Notes: generated by a model from the sequence alone, not told the origin. A stretch of DNA of 64,000 nucleotides from Gemmatimonas sp. (GCA_011390885.1 JAABRO010000012.1:12979-76978); one strand, 5' to 3'; positions 1 to 10,262 are shown, counted from the stretch's first letter. Made by a program: numbers and translations.

Positions 1-2664
1 GCCCGGCGGCATGAGCACGGCATTGCGCGTCATGCCGGGCACCGCGCGCCCGGTGCTGTCGACCGCGATGTGCTCGGCGTACATCGGGCTCGTGCGCAGG
101 CGCGTCTCGAGTCCCGGTTCGTCGCGCAGGTCCCAGGTCACGCGGTTGAGGCCGGCCCGGTTGCTGCCGCGCAGGCGCCGCACCACGCGGCCGCTCGCAT
201 CGATGATCGTGAGGCGCGGCGACTCGGCAGCCGGCGCCGCGAGCCAATAGTTGAGGTTCGCGCCGTACGGCGGATCATCCCCGATGGTGGGATCGTCGTA
301 GGTGCTGCTCGGCGCGGTGATGTTGCGGAAGCGGTACGCCGCGCGCGGCGCGAAGAGGTGCGAACCAGCGGCGAGCACCTCGGGGGAGAGCTGCTGCAGC
401 GGCGCGAGGTCGTCGAGAATCCAGAAGCCCCGACCGTAGGTGCCGATGACGAGGTCGTTGAAGTGCTCCTGCACCACGATGCCGTACACGGGGGCGTGCG
501 GCAGGTTGTTCTGCAGCGGCAGCCACCGGTCGCCGTGATCGAACGACACGTAAATGGCGTTTTCGGTGCCGAGGTAGAGCAGGCCGGGGCGCACCGGGTC
601 CTCGGCGATCACCTTGGCGTAGCTCAGCATGCTGCGCGGCACGCCCTCGGTGATGCGGGTCCAGGTGGCGCCGTAGTCGGTGGTGCGGAAGACGTGCGGG
701 TCGCGGTCGTTCACCTGGTGGGCGTCCACCGCGATGTACGCCGTGCCGGCGTCATGGCGCGACGGGGCGATGCTGCGCACGGAGCCCCACTCGGGGAGGC
801 CGGCGATGTTCTCGGTCACGTTGGTCCACGTGGCGCCGTTGTCGCGCGTCAGCTGTACGAGGCCGTCGTTCGTGCCTGCCCAGATGAGGCCCGGCTCACG
901 CGGCGATTCGGCGATGGCGTACACGACGCCCGCGTACTCCACGCCGATGTTGTCGGGGGTGAGGCCGCCCGAGCTGCCCATGCGGGAGCGGTCATTGCGC
1001 GTCAGGTCGGGGCTGATCACCTCCCAGCGCTGGCCGCCGTTCTGCGTGCGGTGCACGTGCTGGCTGCCCACGTACACCGTGTTGTGGTCATGCGGCGAGA
1101 TGAGCAGCGGCGAATCCCACACGAAGCGGTACTTCACGCCGGACGCGGGGCCCCGCGACTGGTCGGGCCATACTTCCACGGTGCGGAACTGACGGCGGTT
1201 CTCCTCGTAGCGCACCACGATGCCGCCCACCATGCCGGAGCCCGACGCCGACGACCACACGATGTTCGGGTCCACCGGGTCAGGGGTGGCCCACCCGCTC
1301 TCGCCGCCGCCCACCGCGTGCCACATGCCGCGCACGATGCGTCCGCTCGCGAGCCGGCCGTTGCTGGGGCCGCGATAGGTGGGCTCGTCCTGCTTGTTGC
1401 CGTAGACGTTGTACGGAATCGCGTTGTCCACCGTCACGTGGTACATCTGCGCGTTGGTGAGGCGCTGCCGGAACCACGTCTCCCCGCGGTTCTGCGTGAT
1501 GGACAGCCCCTGATCATGCGCCACGATCATGCGCCGCGGGTTCGTGGGGTCGATCCAGATGTCGTGATGGTCGCCGCCGGGGGCCTGCGATCGGGGAATC
1601 ACGGCAATCGTGCGTCCGCCGTCGGTGGACTTCGCGAACGAGGCGGTGAGGAAGTACGTCTCGTCGGGGTCGTCCGGCGCGACGGCCATGCGCGAGTAGT
1701 AGTGGGCGCGGCCCATCGCGTTGCGGTCACGCGTGATCAGCGACCAGGTGCGGCCGCCGTTCTCGGAGCCCCACAGCTGTCCGTCTTCCGTGGGCTGGCC
1801 GTTCCAGGGAATGCCGTCGCCGGTCTCGATCAGCGCGTAGACGCGCTGCGTGTTGGAGGGCGCAATCGCCACGGCCACCTTGCCCACGGGCTTCGTGGGC
1901 AGGCCGTTGCCCACGAGCCGCGTCCACGTGGCGCCTCCGTCGCGCGACACGAACAGGCCGCTTCCGGGCCCGCCGCTGGTGCGTCCCCAGGTCTTGATCT
2001 CCAGCTGCCACATGCCGGCGAAGAGCACCTGCGGATCGGTGGGGTCCATGGCGAGATCGGAGCACCCCGTGTTCTCGTCCACCGTGAGCACGTGCGTCCA
2101 CGTCGCGCCGCCGTCGGTGGTGCGAAAGACGCCGCGCTCCGGCTGCGGGCCGTAGGCGTGCCCGAGCGCGCAGACGATGACCGTATTCGGGTCGCGCGGG
2201 TGCACCACGAGGCGCGGAATGCGCCCGGTGCGTTCGAGGCCACGGAGCGACCATGTTTCGCCGCCGTCGGTCGAGCGGTAGATCCCCTGGCCGAGCGAGA
2301 TGTGGCTGCGGATCTTCCCCTCGCCCGTGCCGGCCCACACCACGTTGCGGTCCGAGGGCGCGATGGCGAGCGCGCCGATCGACTGCACCGGATGGGCGTC
2401 GAACACCGGGCGCCAGTTCACGCCGCCATCGGTGGTCTTGTAGATGCCGCCCGATGCCGCGCCCACAAGGTAGGTGAGGTGGTCGCCGGGGATGCCCGCC
2501 GCGGCGGAAAAGCGGTTGCCCTCGGGCCCGATGTAGCGCCAGGGGAGCGCGCTCCACTGGTTGGGTGTGGGTGACGCAACTTGCGCGGTGAGGGGGCGTG
2601 CGGCGCCTGCCACGAGGGCAAACAGGCCGACGGCGGGGAGCGCGATGCGGACGAGCGGACTCAT
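1..2664 (-). CDS. Secreted BNR/Asp-box repeat protein (sortilin/VPS10-like glycosyl-hydrolase-like beta-propeller). Partial: the 3' end lies outside the window.
   Basis: The minus-strand frame is open from ATG (2664-2662) to the window edge, 888 codons with no stop. It is absent from the ORF track because it is incomplete. N-terminal signal MSPLVRIALPAVGLFALVAGAARPLTAQ. Repeated Asp-box motifs: YKTTDGGVNW, YRSTDGGETW, FRTTDGGATW, VSRDGGATW, GSENGGRTW, TRDNGATW, TTDYGATW. Confidence 0.8.
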   Translation of the reverse strand, partial: MSPLVRIALPAVGLFALVAGAARPLTAQVASPTPNQWSALPWRYIGPEGNRFSAAAGIPGDHLTYLVGAASGGIYKTTDGGVNWRPVFDAHPVQSIGALAIAPSDRNVVWAGTGEGKIRSHISLGQGIYRSTDGGETWSLRGLERTGRIPRLVVHPRDPNTVIVCALGHAYGPQPERGVFRTTDGGATWTHVLTVDENTGCSDLAMDPTDPQVLFAGMWQLEIKTWGRTSGGPGSGLFVSRDGGATWTRLVGNGLPTKPVGKVAVAIAPSNTQRVYALIETGDGIPWNGQPTEDGQLWGSENGGRTWSLITRDRNAMGRAHYYSRMAVAPDDPDETYFLTASFAKSTDGGRTIAVIPRSQAPGGDHHDIWIDPTNPRRMIVAHDQGLSITQNRGETWFRQRLTNAQMYHVTVDNAIPYNVYGNKQDEPTYRGPSNGRLASGRIVRGMWHAVGGGESGWATPDPVDPNIVWSSASGSGMVGGIVVRYEENRRQFRTVEVWPDQSRGPASGVKYRFVWDSPLLISPHDHNTVYVGSQHVHRTQNGGQRWEVISPDLTRNDRSRMGSSGGLTPDNIGVEYAGVVYAIAESPREPGLIWAGTNDGLVQLTRDNGATWTNVTENIAGLPEWGSVRSIAPSRHDAGTAYIAVDAHQVNDRDPHVFRTTDYGATWTRITEGVPRSMLSYAKVIAEDPVRPGLLYLGTENAIYVSFDHGDRWLPLQNNLPHAPVYGIVVQEHFNDLVIGTYGRGFWILDDLAPLQQLSPEVLAAGSHLFAPRAAYRFRNITAPSSTYDDPTIGDDPPYGANLNYWLAAPAAESPRLTIIDASGRVVRRLRGSNRAGLNRVTWDLRDEPGLETRLRTSPMYAEHIAVDSTGRAVPGMTRNAVLMPPG

Positions 2665-2732
2665 GCATGGCCTCGGGGTGGGGATGCGCCCATTCTGCGG
2701 TCCCCGCCGAAGCGGCGGAAGGGGCGTGGGCG

Positions 2733-4697
2733 TCAGGGCGCCAGCGGGTGCAGGGCGTCGAGTCCCCGCGGCACTGGGGAGACGGCCGCCGTCTCGTCGA
2801 ACCAGACGTACTCGTCGAACTGCATGGGGAGCACCGCCTCGAAATAGTGACTCTGTCGCTCCGTCTCGGGGCGATAGATCACGCCGATCGCCCGTTCGAG
2901 CATCGGCTCACGCAACCGCTCGCGCAGCTCGGCGTCGGCCGACTCCCCCAGGGCGAGCAGGAAGGCGGGGCGCTGCGTGTCATGCATGAGCGACTCGTAG
3001 CTCCCGGCCAGCGCGGGGCGCACCGTCTTCACGTGCACCGGACCGCCCCACTCGTCGGCGGCGGCGACCCTACCGTGGTCGGTGCCGAAGCCGACGAGGT
3101 ACGCCGAGGCGCCGAACTGCTCACGACACAGCTGTCCGATGTTGAGCTCGCCGCGCGCCGCCATCTCGGTCGCGGTCGCATTGCCGATGTGCGAGTTGTG
3201 CGCCCACACGACTGCGCGCGCGTCCTCGCCGCGCGCCGAGAGCACCGACGAGAGCGTGTCGAACATGTGCCGGTCGCGCAGGTTCCACGACGCGGCGCCG
3301 CCGTAGTACATGACGCGGTAGTACTGCTCCGCACTCGCGATCAGCGCCGCATTGCGTGACGCATCGAGGAACCGTTCGCCATCCTGCTGCGTGTACTCCA
3401 CGCGACGGGCGAGCAGGTCCTGCAGCATCGCCGTGACCGCCGGCTCGCAGCTGCGGTACTGCCCGGAGAGGGCGGCGCGACCGTACACCGCCGGATCCCG
3501 CTCCCATGGCGTGAGGCAGCCGTAGCGATGGCGCGCGAGCGCGGCCGCCTGCGGGTCCACCTCGTCGAGGTAGCGCAGCACCGCCGCGATCGACGTGTGC
3601 AGGCTGTAGAGGTCGAGCCCGTGAAACGACACGCGCCGGCTCACGTCGGATTGCCCGGCGTTCCAGGCGCGCAGCCAGGCGAGCAGCTCGGCCACCTCGC
3701 CGTTGCGCCACATCCACGTCGGGAAGCGGCTGAACGCCGGTTGTGCCTCGGAGGGCGGCGGCAGGCCACGCACGTACCGATCCACCTGGGCCGCGTCGGG
3801 CCAGTCGGCTTCCACGGCGACGATCGTGAAGCCCTTCCGGCGCACGAGCGCGCGCGTGATCCGGTCGCGGAACCGGTAGAACTCCGCGGTGCCGTGCGTG
3901 GACTCGCCGAGCAGCACGACGCGCGCATCACCGATGCGCTCGAGCAGTGGCGCGAGCGACGCCTCGTCGTCGCCGATCGGCTCGGCGCACTGGCGCGTCA
4001 GCTGCACGAGCGAATGGCGACCGCGTGACCCGCTCGAGCGCCCCGCGCCTTCCCACGCTTCGAGGCCAATGAGCGGCACGAACCGCACCGGCTCCAGCGT
4101 CTCCTCGTCGAAGTGTGCGTGATCACGGCGCGTGAGGCGGAGCAGCTGCTGGCCGTGCTGGTCGTCCCCCACCGGGATCACCAGCCGGCCGCCGATTGCA
4201 AGCTGCTCGCGCAGTGTGGGCGGGACGCGCGGCCCCCCGGCGGCGACCACGATGGCGTCGAACGGCGCGTGCTCCGCCCAGCCGAGCGTGCCGTCGCCAT
4301 GGCGCACGTGCACGTTGTCGTAGCCCAGCTCGGCGAGTCGCTCGCGCGCCACGTCCGCAAGCGCGCCGTGCCGCTCGATCGTGAACACTTCGCCCGCCGC
4401 GCGCGACAGCACCGCCGCCGCGTAGCCGGAACCGGTGCCGACCTCGAGCACGCGGTCACGCGGCGTGAGCTGCAGCTCGGCGAGCATGCGCGCGACGATG
4501 TACGGCTGCGAGATCGTCTGCCCCTCCTCGATCGCGAGCGGGGTGTCGTCGTAGGCGAACTCGGCGAGCGCGATCGGCACGAAGCGTTCGCGCGGCACGG
4601 TGCGCATGGCCTCGAGCACGCGCGCGTCGGTGATGCCGCGCGCCGCGATCTGGCGCGTCACCATGAGCTCGCGGCGGACAGGCAGGTCGAGCGGCAT
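2733..4697 (-). CDS. Fusion protein: N-terminal protein-L-isoaspartate O-methyltransferase (Pcm) domain plus C-terminal erythromycin-esterase/ChaN-like domain.
   Basis: 654-aa ORF with ATG at 4697. The N-terminus carries Pcm motifs (TISQPYIVARML, LEVGTGSGYAAAVL, FDAIVVAAGGP...GGRLVIPVG). The C-terminal two thirds resemble the EreA-like family (VVLLGESTHGTAEFY, IVAVEADWPDA, VVWAHNSHIG). Confidence 0.85.
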   Translation of the reverse strand: MPLDLPVRRELMVTRQIAARGITDARVLEAMRTVPRERFVPIALAEFAYDDTPLAIEEGQTISQPYIVARMLAELQLTPRDRVLEVGTGSGYAAAVLSRAAGEVFTIERHGALADVARERLAELGYDNVHVRHGDGTLGWAEHAPFDAIVVAAGGPRVPPTLREQLAIGGRLVIPVGDDQHGQQLLRLTRRDHAHFDEETLEPVRFVPLIGLEAWEGAGRSSGSRGRHSLVQLTRQCAEPIGDDEASLAPLLERIGDARVVLLGESTHGTAEFYRFRDRITRALVRRKGFTIVAVEADWPDAAQVDRYVRGLPPPSEAQPAFSRFPTWMWRNGEVAELLAWLRAWNAGQSDVSRRVSFHGLDLYSLHTSIAAVLRYLDEVDPQAAALARHRYGCLTPWERDPAVYGRAALSGQYRSCEPAVTAMLQDLLARRVEYTQQDGERFLDASRNAALIASAEQYYRVMYYGGAASWNLRDRHMFDTLSSVLSARGEDARAVVWAHNSHIGNATATEMAARGELNIGQLCREQFGASAYLVGFGTDHGRVAAADEWGGPVHVKTVRPALAGSYESLMHDTQRPAFLLALGESADAELRERLREPMLERAIGVIYRPETERQSHYFEAVLPMQFDEYVWFDETAAVSPVPRGLDALHPLAP

Positions 4698-4730
4698 ACG
4701 AGAGCTCCCGTGGCGACGATCGCTGATGGG

Positions 4731-4970
4731 TCAGTGGGCGAGCAGGTAGGCGACGCAACCGTCGAGCGTGGCGACGGCCTCGTAGTCGGATTCCGGGATG
4801 TCCACGCCGGTCGCCTTGTGCAACGCGACGAGGAAGCCGAGGTAGTCCACCGAGTCGAGGTCGACCTGTTCACGCAGCGGTCGCGCGCCGTCGAGCGCCG
4901 CGCCGTCCACCTCGGGCGCGATGCGCTGCAGCTCCGCGAGCACGAGGGCGCGCATCTCGTCCTGGGTCAT
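4731..4970 (-). CDS. Acyl/peptidyl carrier protein (phosphopantetheine-binding), 79 aa.
   Basis: Internal ATG at 4970 of track ORF 4731..5525. Sequence [19 protein letters not shown]...QVDLDSVDYLGFLVAL has a carrier-protein DS(V/L)D serine motif and a four-helix-sized length. The start overlaps the E2 stop as ATGA (4967-4970). Confidence 0.8.
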   Translation of the reverse strand: MTQDEMRALVLAELQRIAPEVDGAALDGARPLREQVDLDSVDYLGFLVALHKATGVDIPESDYEAVATLDGCVAYLLAH

Positions 4971-6277
4971 GCGTCCTCCGGGGCTTGCAGGCGCCGCCCG
5001 ATGTCGGCGAGGAATTGGGCGCCGCGGATGCCATCGCTGACGCGATGGTCGGCGGCGAGCGTGATCGTCACGACGGGGCGCACGGCCAGCATGCCGTCCA
5101 CCGCCCATGGGCGGTCGGCGATGGCGCCGAAGCCCACGATCGCGACCTGCGGCGGATAGATCACCCCGTGCACGGCGCGCACGCCACGGTCGCCGAGGTT
5201 GGTGATGCTGATCGTGCCGCCACCGAGCTCCGAGGTGCGGAGCGCGCCGGCGCGCGTGCGCTGCACGAGGTCGAGCAGCGCTGCGTTGAGTTCGGCCAGC
5301 GAGTGGGTCTGCGCGTCGGCGATCACGGGTGCCACCAGGCCACCACCGCGCAGCGCGGTGACGATGCCCACGTGCACCGCGGATGACGGAGTGAAGGCGC
5401 CGTGCTCGTGCACGCCATTCAGCTCGGGGACGCGCGCGAGCGCCTGGACGGTGGCGCGCACGAGCAGCGCCGCGGGCAGCACGCGCTCGGTGATGGGGCG
5501 GTCGGCGTTGTGCCGCGCCAGCCACGCGAGGGCCGCGTGCAGGTCGACGTCGTGCTCGAGGTAGTAGTGCGGGATGTCGCGCTTGGAACGCGTGACGGCG
5601 GCCGCGACCGCGCGGCGCATGCCGTCGACGATCGTCGCCGGGGTGTGCGCCGAGGCAGGCGTCGGGACCGGCGCCCCCGTCGGCGCCGCCGGCGTGGCGT
5701 CATCACGGGCCGCGAGCGCGCGCGCCACGTCGGCCTGCGTGATGGCCCCCTGCACACCGGTGCCGGTCACCCCCGCCAGGTCGAGCCCGTGCTCAGCGGC
5801 GATGCGGCGCGCCAGCGGCGAGACGTGCGGGTGATGCGGTGACGGTGACGGTGGCGGTGCGGCGGGTGCGGCGAGAGCCGATGGTGCGGCCGGTGCCTCT
5901 GGTGCCGCCGGTGCCTCTGGTGCCTCTGGTGCCTCTGGTGCCTCTGGTGCCTCTGGTGCCTCTGGTGCCTCTGGTGCCTCTGGTGCCTCTGGTGCCTCTG
6001 GTGCCTCTGGTGCCTCTGGTGCCGCCGCGGTGGGCACCGGGACCGCCTCCTGCAGTCGCACGATCGGCGTTCCCACCGTGACCTTCGTGCCGGGCGCAAC
6101 GAGCAGGGCCGCCACCACGCCGGCCTCGCGGCTGTCCAGGTCGAACACGCCCTTGTCGGTCTCGATCTCGCCGAGCAGGTCGCCCTTCTGCACCGCATCG
6201 CCGGGCGCGACGCACCAGGACACGATCGTGGCGGCGTCCATGTCGGCGCCGAGCGAGGGGAGGCGGATGTCGCTCAT
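4967..6277 (-). CDS. Dihydrolipoamide acyltransferase (E2) of a 2-oxoacid/acetoin dehydrogenase-type complex.
   Basis: Start [13 protein letters not shown] at 6277 (ATGA overlap with the E1beta stop). Lipoyl-lysine motif [10 protein letters not shown], (EAP)n linker, E3/E1-binding-like segment ([15 protein letters not shown]), catalytic motif ADHRVSDG. Confidence 0.9.
   Translation of the reverse strand: MSDIRLPSLGADMDAATIVSWCVAPGDAVQKGDLLGEIETDKGVFDLDSREAGVVAALLVAPGTKVTVGTPIVRLQEAVPVPTAAAPEAPEAPEAPEAPEAPEAPEAPEAPEAPEAPEAPEAPAAPEAPAAPSALAAPAAPPPSPSPHHPHVSPLARRIAAEHGLDLAGVTGTGVQGAITQADVARALAARDDATPAAPTGAPVPTPASAHTPATIVDGMRRAVAAAVTRSKRDIPHYYLEHDVDLHAALAWLARHNADRPITERVLPAALLVRATVQALARVPELNGVHEHGAFTPSSAVHVGIVTALRGGGLVAPVIADAQTHSLAELNAALLDLVQRTRAGALRTSELGGGTISITNLGDRGVRAVHGVIYPPQVAIVGFGAIADRPWAVDGMLAVRPVVTITLAADHRVSDGIRGAQFLADIGRRLQAPEDA
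5892..6026. repeat. 9-bp tandem repeat (GGTGCCTCT)n, 15 units (12 consecutive perfect copies at 5910-6017), encoding the (PEA)n linker of E2.
   Basis: Read directly from the sequence at 5892-6026. It is in frame with the E2 CDS and is translated as [10 protein letters not shown]... Confidence 0.9.
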
Positions 6278-7326
6278 CGCGTCACCAGCGGGCGCACCGC
6301 GGCGAGGATGCCGTCCACCTGTGGAAGCGCGGCCTGCTCGAGGTGGCGCGCGTACGGCATGGGCACCTCCGCGCTGCAGACGCGCCGCAGGGGCGCGTCG
6401 AGGTCGAAGAAGGCCTGCTCGGCGATGCGCGCCGCGATCTCGGCCGACAGGCTGCCGCTCCGCCATCCCTCATCCACGATCACGGCACGATGTGTGCGCC
6501 GCACCGAGTCGAGGATCGTGGCCTCGTCGAGCGGACGGAGCGAGCGCAGGTCGATCACCTCGGCCTCGATGCCGTCGTCGGCCGCGAGCCGCTCGGCCGC
6601 CTCGAGCGTGCGGGCCAGCATGCCCCCGTACGTCACGAGCGTGACGTCGTGACCGGCGCGCCGCACGATGGCGCGGTCGAACGGCACGAAGGCGTCGGCC
6701 GGCGGCACGTCGCCCGAGACGTTGTAGAGCAGCGCATGCTCGAAGAGCAGCACCGGGTCCGGATCGGCGAGTGCGGGCGCGAGCATGCGACGCGCATCCT
6801 CCACGGTGGCCGGCGCAAGGATGCGCAGTCCCGGAATGTGCGCGTACCACCCCTCGAGGCTGTGCGAGTGCTGGGCCGCGAGCTGTCGGCCGGCGCCGGT
6901 GGTCATGCGAATCACGACCGGCACGTTGCACTGCCCGCCGGACATGTGCAGGAACGTGGCCGCCGTGTTCATGATCTGGTCGAGCGCCAGCAGCGAGAAG
7001 TTCACCGTCATGATTTCCACGATGGGACGCATGCCGCCCACCGCCGCGCCGATCCCGGCGCCCACGAACGCCGACTCGGAGAGCGGCGTGTCGCGCAGGC
7101 GCTCGGGCCCGAACTCGGTGAGCAGCCCCTTCGTGACCGCGTAGCAGCCACCGTACGCGCCCACATCCTCGCCCATCACGAACACGCGCGGATCGGCGTG
7201 CATCGCTTCGCGAATGGCCTCGCGGACCGCTTCGCGGTACGTCATGCGCACAGTCGCCGGCGTGGCGGGTGATTCGGGGGCTGGCGCGGCAGCGGACGGC
7301 ATCGGCGCTTGCGCCTGCTCAGCCAT
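6274..7326 (-). CDS. 2-oxoacid (pyruvate/acetoin/branched-chain type) dehydrogenase E1 component, beta subunit.
   Basis: [15 protein letters not shown]...VFVMGEDVG...[18 protein letters not shown] is typical transketolase-like E1beta. The ATG at 7326 overlaps the E1alpha 3' end by 8 nt. An alternative start lies at 7341. Confidence 0.9.
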   Translation of the reverse strand: MAEQAQAPMPSAAAPAPESPATPATVRMTYREAVREAIREAMHADPRVFVMGEDVGAYGGCYAVTKGLLTEFGPERLRDTPLSESAFVGAGIGAAVGGMRPIVEIMTVNFSLLALDQIMNTAATFLHMSGGQCNVPVVIRMTTGAGRQLAAQHSHSLEGWYAHIPGLRILAPATVEDARRMLAPALADPDPVLLFEHALLYNVSGDVPPADAFVPFDRAIVRRAGHDVTLVTYGGMLARTLEAAERLAADDGIEAEVIDLRSLRPLDEATILDSVRRTHRAVIVDEGWRSGSLSAEIAARIAEQAFFDLDAPLRRVCSAEVPMPYARHLEQAALPQVDGILAAVRPLVTR

Positions 7327-8326
7327 GGCGCACCTCCTCACTCGTCACGAAGCGCAGCAGGTCGTCCATCGGCTCCCACGGGCTCTGCTCGGCGAACGTC
7401 ACGGCCTGCTCGACCTCCTCGCGCGCCGCCTGTTCGATGCCGGCCAGCGTATCGTCGTCGAGCCAGCCCGCCGCCCGCAGGCGCGCCGAATACGTGGCGA
7501 TCGGGCAGCGCGTCATCCACTGCGCGACCTCGTCGGCCGAGCGGTAGAGCCCCGGGTCGAACATGGAGTGCGGCCGGAACCGATACGTGCGCAGTTCGAG
7601 AAAGTGCGGCCCCTCGCCCGCGCGGATCGCCGCCACCGCGCGACGTGTCGCCGACTCCACGGCGTCCACGTCCATGCCGTCCACCGGCCACGACGGCAGC
7701 CGGTACGCGGCCGCCTTGAGCGCCAGGTCGGTCTCCGCCTGTTCGTGCGCGATCTCCGTGCCCATGGCGTAGAGGTTGTTCTCGCAGCAGAAGAGCACGG
7801 GCAGCTGCCAGAGCACGGCGAGGTTGAGCGACTCGTGGAACTCGCCTTCCGCGACGGCGCCCTCGCCGAAGAAGCAGGCCGTCACGCGGTCGCGCCCCTG
7901 CAGGCGGTCGGCGAGGGCGAGGCCGATGGCGAAGGGCAGGCCGGCCCCGACGATCGCGTGCCCGCCGTAGAATCGCGTGGCCGTGTCGAAGAGGTGCATG
8001 GAACCGCCGCGGCCACGGCTCGTGCCGGTGACCTTGCCGAACATCTCGGCCATGATCGCATCGGCGCTGATGCCGCGTGCGAGCGCGTGCCCGTGCTCGC
8101 GGTAGGTCGCCACGACGGCGTCGTCGGCGCGCAGGCACGACATCACCCCCGTGGCGACCGCTTCCTGACCGATGTAGAGGTGCAGGAAGCCGCGGATCTT
8201 CTCGTCCTGGTACAGCTCGCCGCACCGCTCTTCGAAGCGGCGGATGCGCAGCATGCTCGTCAGTCGCGCGATGGCGCGTCCGCGGTCCTGCTCGCGCTCC
8301 GGCGCAGGGGGCGTGAGAACGGTCAT
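7319..8326 (-). CDS. 2-oxoacid dehydrogenase E1 component, alpha subunit (ThDP-binding).
   Basis: Internal ATG at 8326 ([10 protein letters not shown]...) of track ORF 7319..9337. Motifs: [26 protein letters not shown], and the ThDP motif [17 protein letters not shown]...[12 protein letters not shown] overlap with the upstream ligase stop (8323-8326). Confidence 0.9.
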   Translation of the reverse strand: MTVLTPPAPEREQDRGRAIARLTSMLRIRRFEERCGELYQDEKIRGFLHLYIGQEAVATGVMSCLRADDAVVATYREHGHALARGISADAIMAEMFGKVTGTSRGRGGSMHLFDTATRFYGGHAIVGAGLPFAIGLALADRLQGRDRVTACFFGEGAVAEGEFHESLNLAVLWQLPVLFCCENNLYAMGTEIAHEQAETDLALKAAAYRLPSWPVDGMDVDAVESATRRAVAAIRAGEGPHFLELRTYRFRPHSMFDPGLYRSADEVAQWMTRCPIATYSARLRAAGWLDDDTLAGIEQAAREEVEQAVTFAEQSPWEPMDDLLRFVTSEEVRHG

Positions 8327-10140
8327 GGCGTGTGCTCCCCGCCGGCGGGCGGTGGCGCCGGCTCCTCGAGTGTGGACAGGTCCCCCTCGGGCAGGCCCAG
8401 TTCGCGCGCCTTGAGCAGGCGGCGCAGGATCTTGCCGCTGCGCGTGCGCGGCAGGCGCGGCACGAAGGTGATGGACTTGGGGGCGACAGCCGCGCCGAAG
8501 CGCTGGCGCGCGAAGCCGCGAATGGTGGCGGCCAGCGCGTCGTCGGCGGCCTGCCCCGGCTTCGCGACGACGTACGCCTTCACGAGTTCGCCCGCCACCG
8601 GGTCGGGCACGCCGATCACGGCCGCCTCGGCCACCGCGGGGTGCTCGAGCAGCGTGCTCTCCACTTCGAACGGCCCGATGAGGTGCCCCGACGACTTGAT
8701 CACGTCGTCGGCACGCCCCACGAACCAGAAGTAGCCGTCGGCGTCGCGGCGCGCGAGATCGCCCGTGAGGTACCAGCCATCGGCGAAGCAGCGCCGATAT
8801 CGCTCCTCGTCGTGCAGGTACCCGCGAAACATCGACGGCCAGCCGGCGCGCAGCGCCAGTTCTCCCTGCGCATCGGGCGCGTCGAGCACGCGCACCTGCT
8901 CGTCGTTGGTGCGCTCGACGATCGCGGCGTCCACGCCGGGGAGCGGCTTGCCCATGCTGCCGGGGCGCACGTCCATGGCGCGGTAGTTCGCGATCATGAT
9001 GCCGCCGGTCTCCGTCTGCCACCAGTTGTCGTGAATGGGCTGCCCGAAGGCCTCCTGGCCCCACACCACCGCATCGGCGTTGAGTGGCTCGCCCACGCTG
9101 GCCACGAAGCGCAGCGCCGACAGGTCGTGCGCACGCGCGAGCTCGGCGCCGGCGCGCACCAGCAGGCGGATGGCGGTGGGGGCGGTGTACCACACCGTCA
9201 CGCGCTCCTGCGCGAGCAGGCGATACCAGCGCTCCGGTTCGAAGTCGCCCTCGTCCACGAGGCAGGTCACACCCGCTGCGAGCGGGGCGATGATGCCGTA
9301 CGACGTGCCCGTCACCCATCCGGGGTCGGCGGTACACCAGAACACGTCGCCGTCCTGCAGGTCGAGCGCCAGCCGGCCCGTCGCGAGGTGCGCGACGATC
9401 GCGCCATGCACGTGCATCGCCCCCTTGGGGCGCCCCGTGGTGCCGCTCGTGAAGTGCAGCAGGGCGAGGGAGTCCGCCGTGGTGGGCGCCAGCACCGGAT
9501 GATCGGGTGCCGCGGCGAGCAGGGCGCGCAGGTCATGCGTGCCGGGCAGTGCCGCGACCTCCTCCGGCGTGCCCACGAGCAGCACGTGCTCGAGCGACGG
9601 CAGCTCGGCACGCTGCGCCATCACCTTGGCCTTGTACAGCGCCACGGTCGTGACGAGCACGCGCCCCTCGCCGAGTGTCACGCGCGAGCGGATCGGTTCG
9701 GGACCGAAGGCGGAGAAGAGTGGGGAAAACACACTGCCGTGCCGCAGCGTGCCGAGCGCTGCGACGTACAGCTCGGGGATGCGATCGGCCAGCACGAACA
9801 CGGTGCTGCCTGCGGGCACGCCGAGCCCGGTCAGCACGTGCGCGAACTTCCGCGTCGCGCGGGCGAGGGCCGCGTAGGTGAGCGCGGTGCGCCTGCCGTC
9901 GCGGTGCAGGAAGCGCAGCGCGTCCTGACCGGCGCGCGCGGAGGCCGCGTGGCGGTCCACCGCCTCGTGCGCGATGTTGCGTCCGCCGCCGGGTGACCCG
10001 TCGAGCGCGCGGGCTGCGTCCGTCCAGGTGAACGTGCGGCGCGCGTCGTCGTAATCGCGCAGGTTGGGCGGCACGGCCCATTCGCCTTGCGGCTTGCGCA
10101 GCGCGGGGGGCGCGATGGACGTTGGCTGGTCGAGGGACAT
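8323..10140 (-). CDS. AMP-forming acyl-CoA synthetase/ligase (acetyl-CoA synthetase-like, ANL superfamily).
   Basis: 605 aa, ATG at 10140. ANL motifs: [62 protein letters not shown]. Confidence 0.9.
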   Translation of the reverse strand: MSLDQPTSIAPPALRKPQGEWAVPPNLRDYDDARRTFTWTDAARALDGSPGGGRNIAHEAVDRHAASARAGQDALRFLHRDGRRTALTYAALARATRKFAHVLTGLGVPAGSTVFVLADRIPELYVAALGTLRHGSVFSPLFSAFGPEPIRSRVTLGEGRVLVTTVALYKAKVMAQRAELPSLEHVLLVGTPEEVAALPGTHDLRALLAAAPDHPVLAPTTADSLALLHFTSGTTGRPKGAMHVHGAIVAHLATGRLALDLQDGDVFWCTADPGWVTGTSYGIIAPLAAGVTCLVDEGDFEPERWYRLLAQERVTVWYTAPTAIRLLVRAGAELARAHDLSALRFVASVGEPLNADAVVWGQEAFGQPIHDNWWQTETGGIMIANYRAMDVRPGSMGKPLPGVDAAIVERTNDEQVRVLDAPDAQGELALRAGWPSMFRGYLHDEERYRRCFADGWYLTGDLARRDADGYFWFVGRADDVIKSSGHLIGPFEVESTLLEHPAVAEAAVIGVPDPVAGELVKAYVVAKPGQAADDALAATIRGFARQRFGAAVAPKSITFVPRLPRTRSGKILRRLLKARELGLPEGDLSTLEEPAPPPAGGEHTP

Positions 10141-10262
10141 GGCGCACGTCGTCGGCGGGAGGAGCGGGGGGCCACCGGGGACCTTGCCGAGTCTAGCATG
10201 CGCCCGGAGCGCCGAGTGTCGGGGCTTCCCCGATGGCCGTGTCGGACGCTCGACGGCACCGT

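Noticed and set aside
70-2574. 834-aa plus-strand ORF, the longest ORF in the track for this region.
   Set aside because: Its composition is dominated by R/A/G/V/H with no recognisable motifs. The opposite strand encodes a convincing BNR-repeat protein with a signal peptide and repeated SxDxGxTW motifs, open to the window edge. It is a typical GC-rich shadow ORF.
5892-6026. Tandem repeat arrays (5892-6026 and 47127-47272), considered as possible CRISPR or minisatellite loci.
   Set aside because: The units are 9 bp with no spacers and lie in frame inside CDSs, encoding (PEA)n and (GQQ)n. They are not CRISPR arrays.
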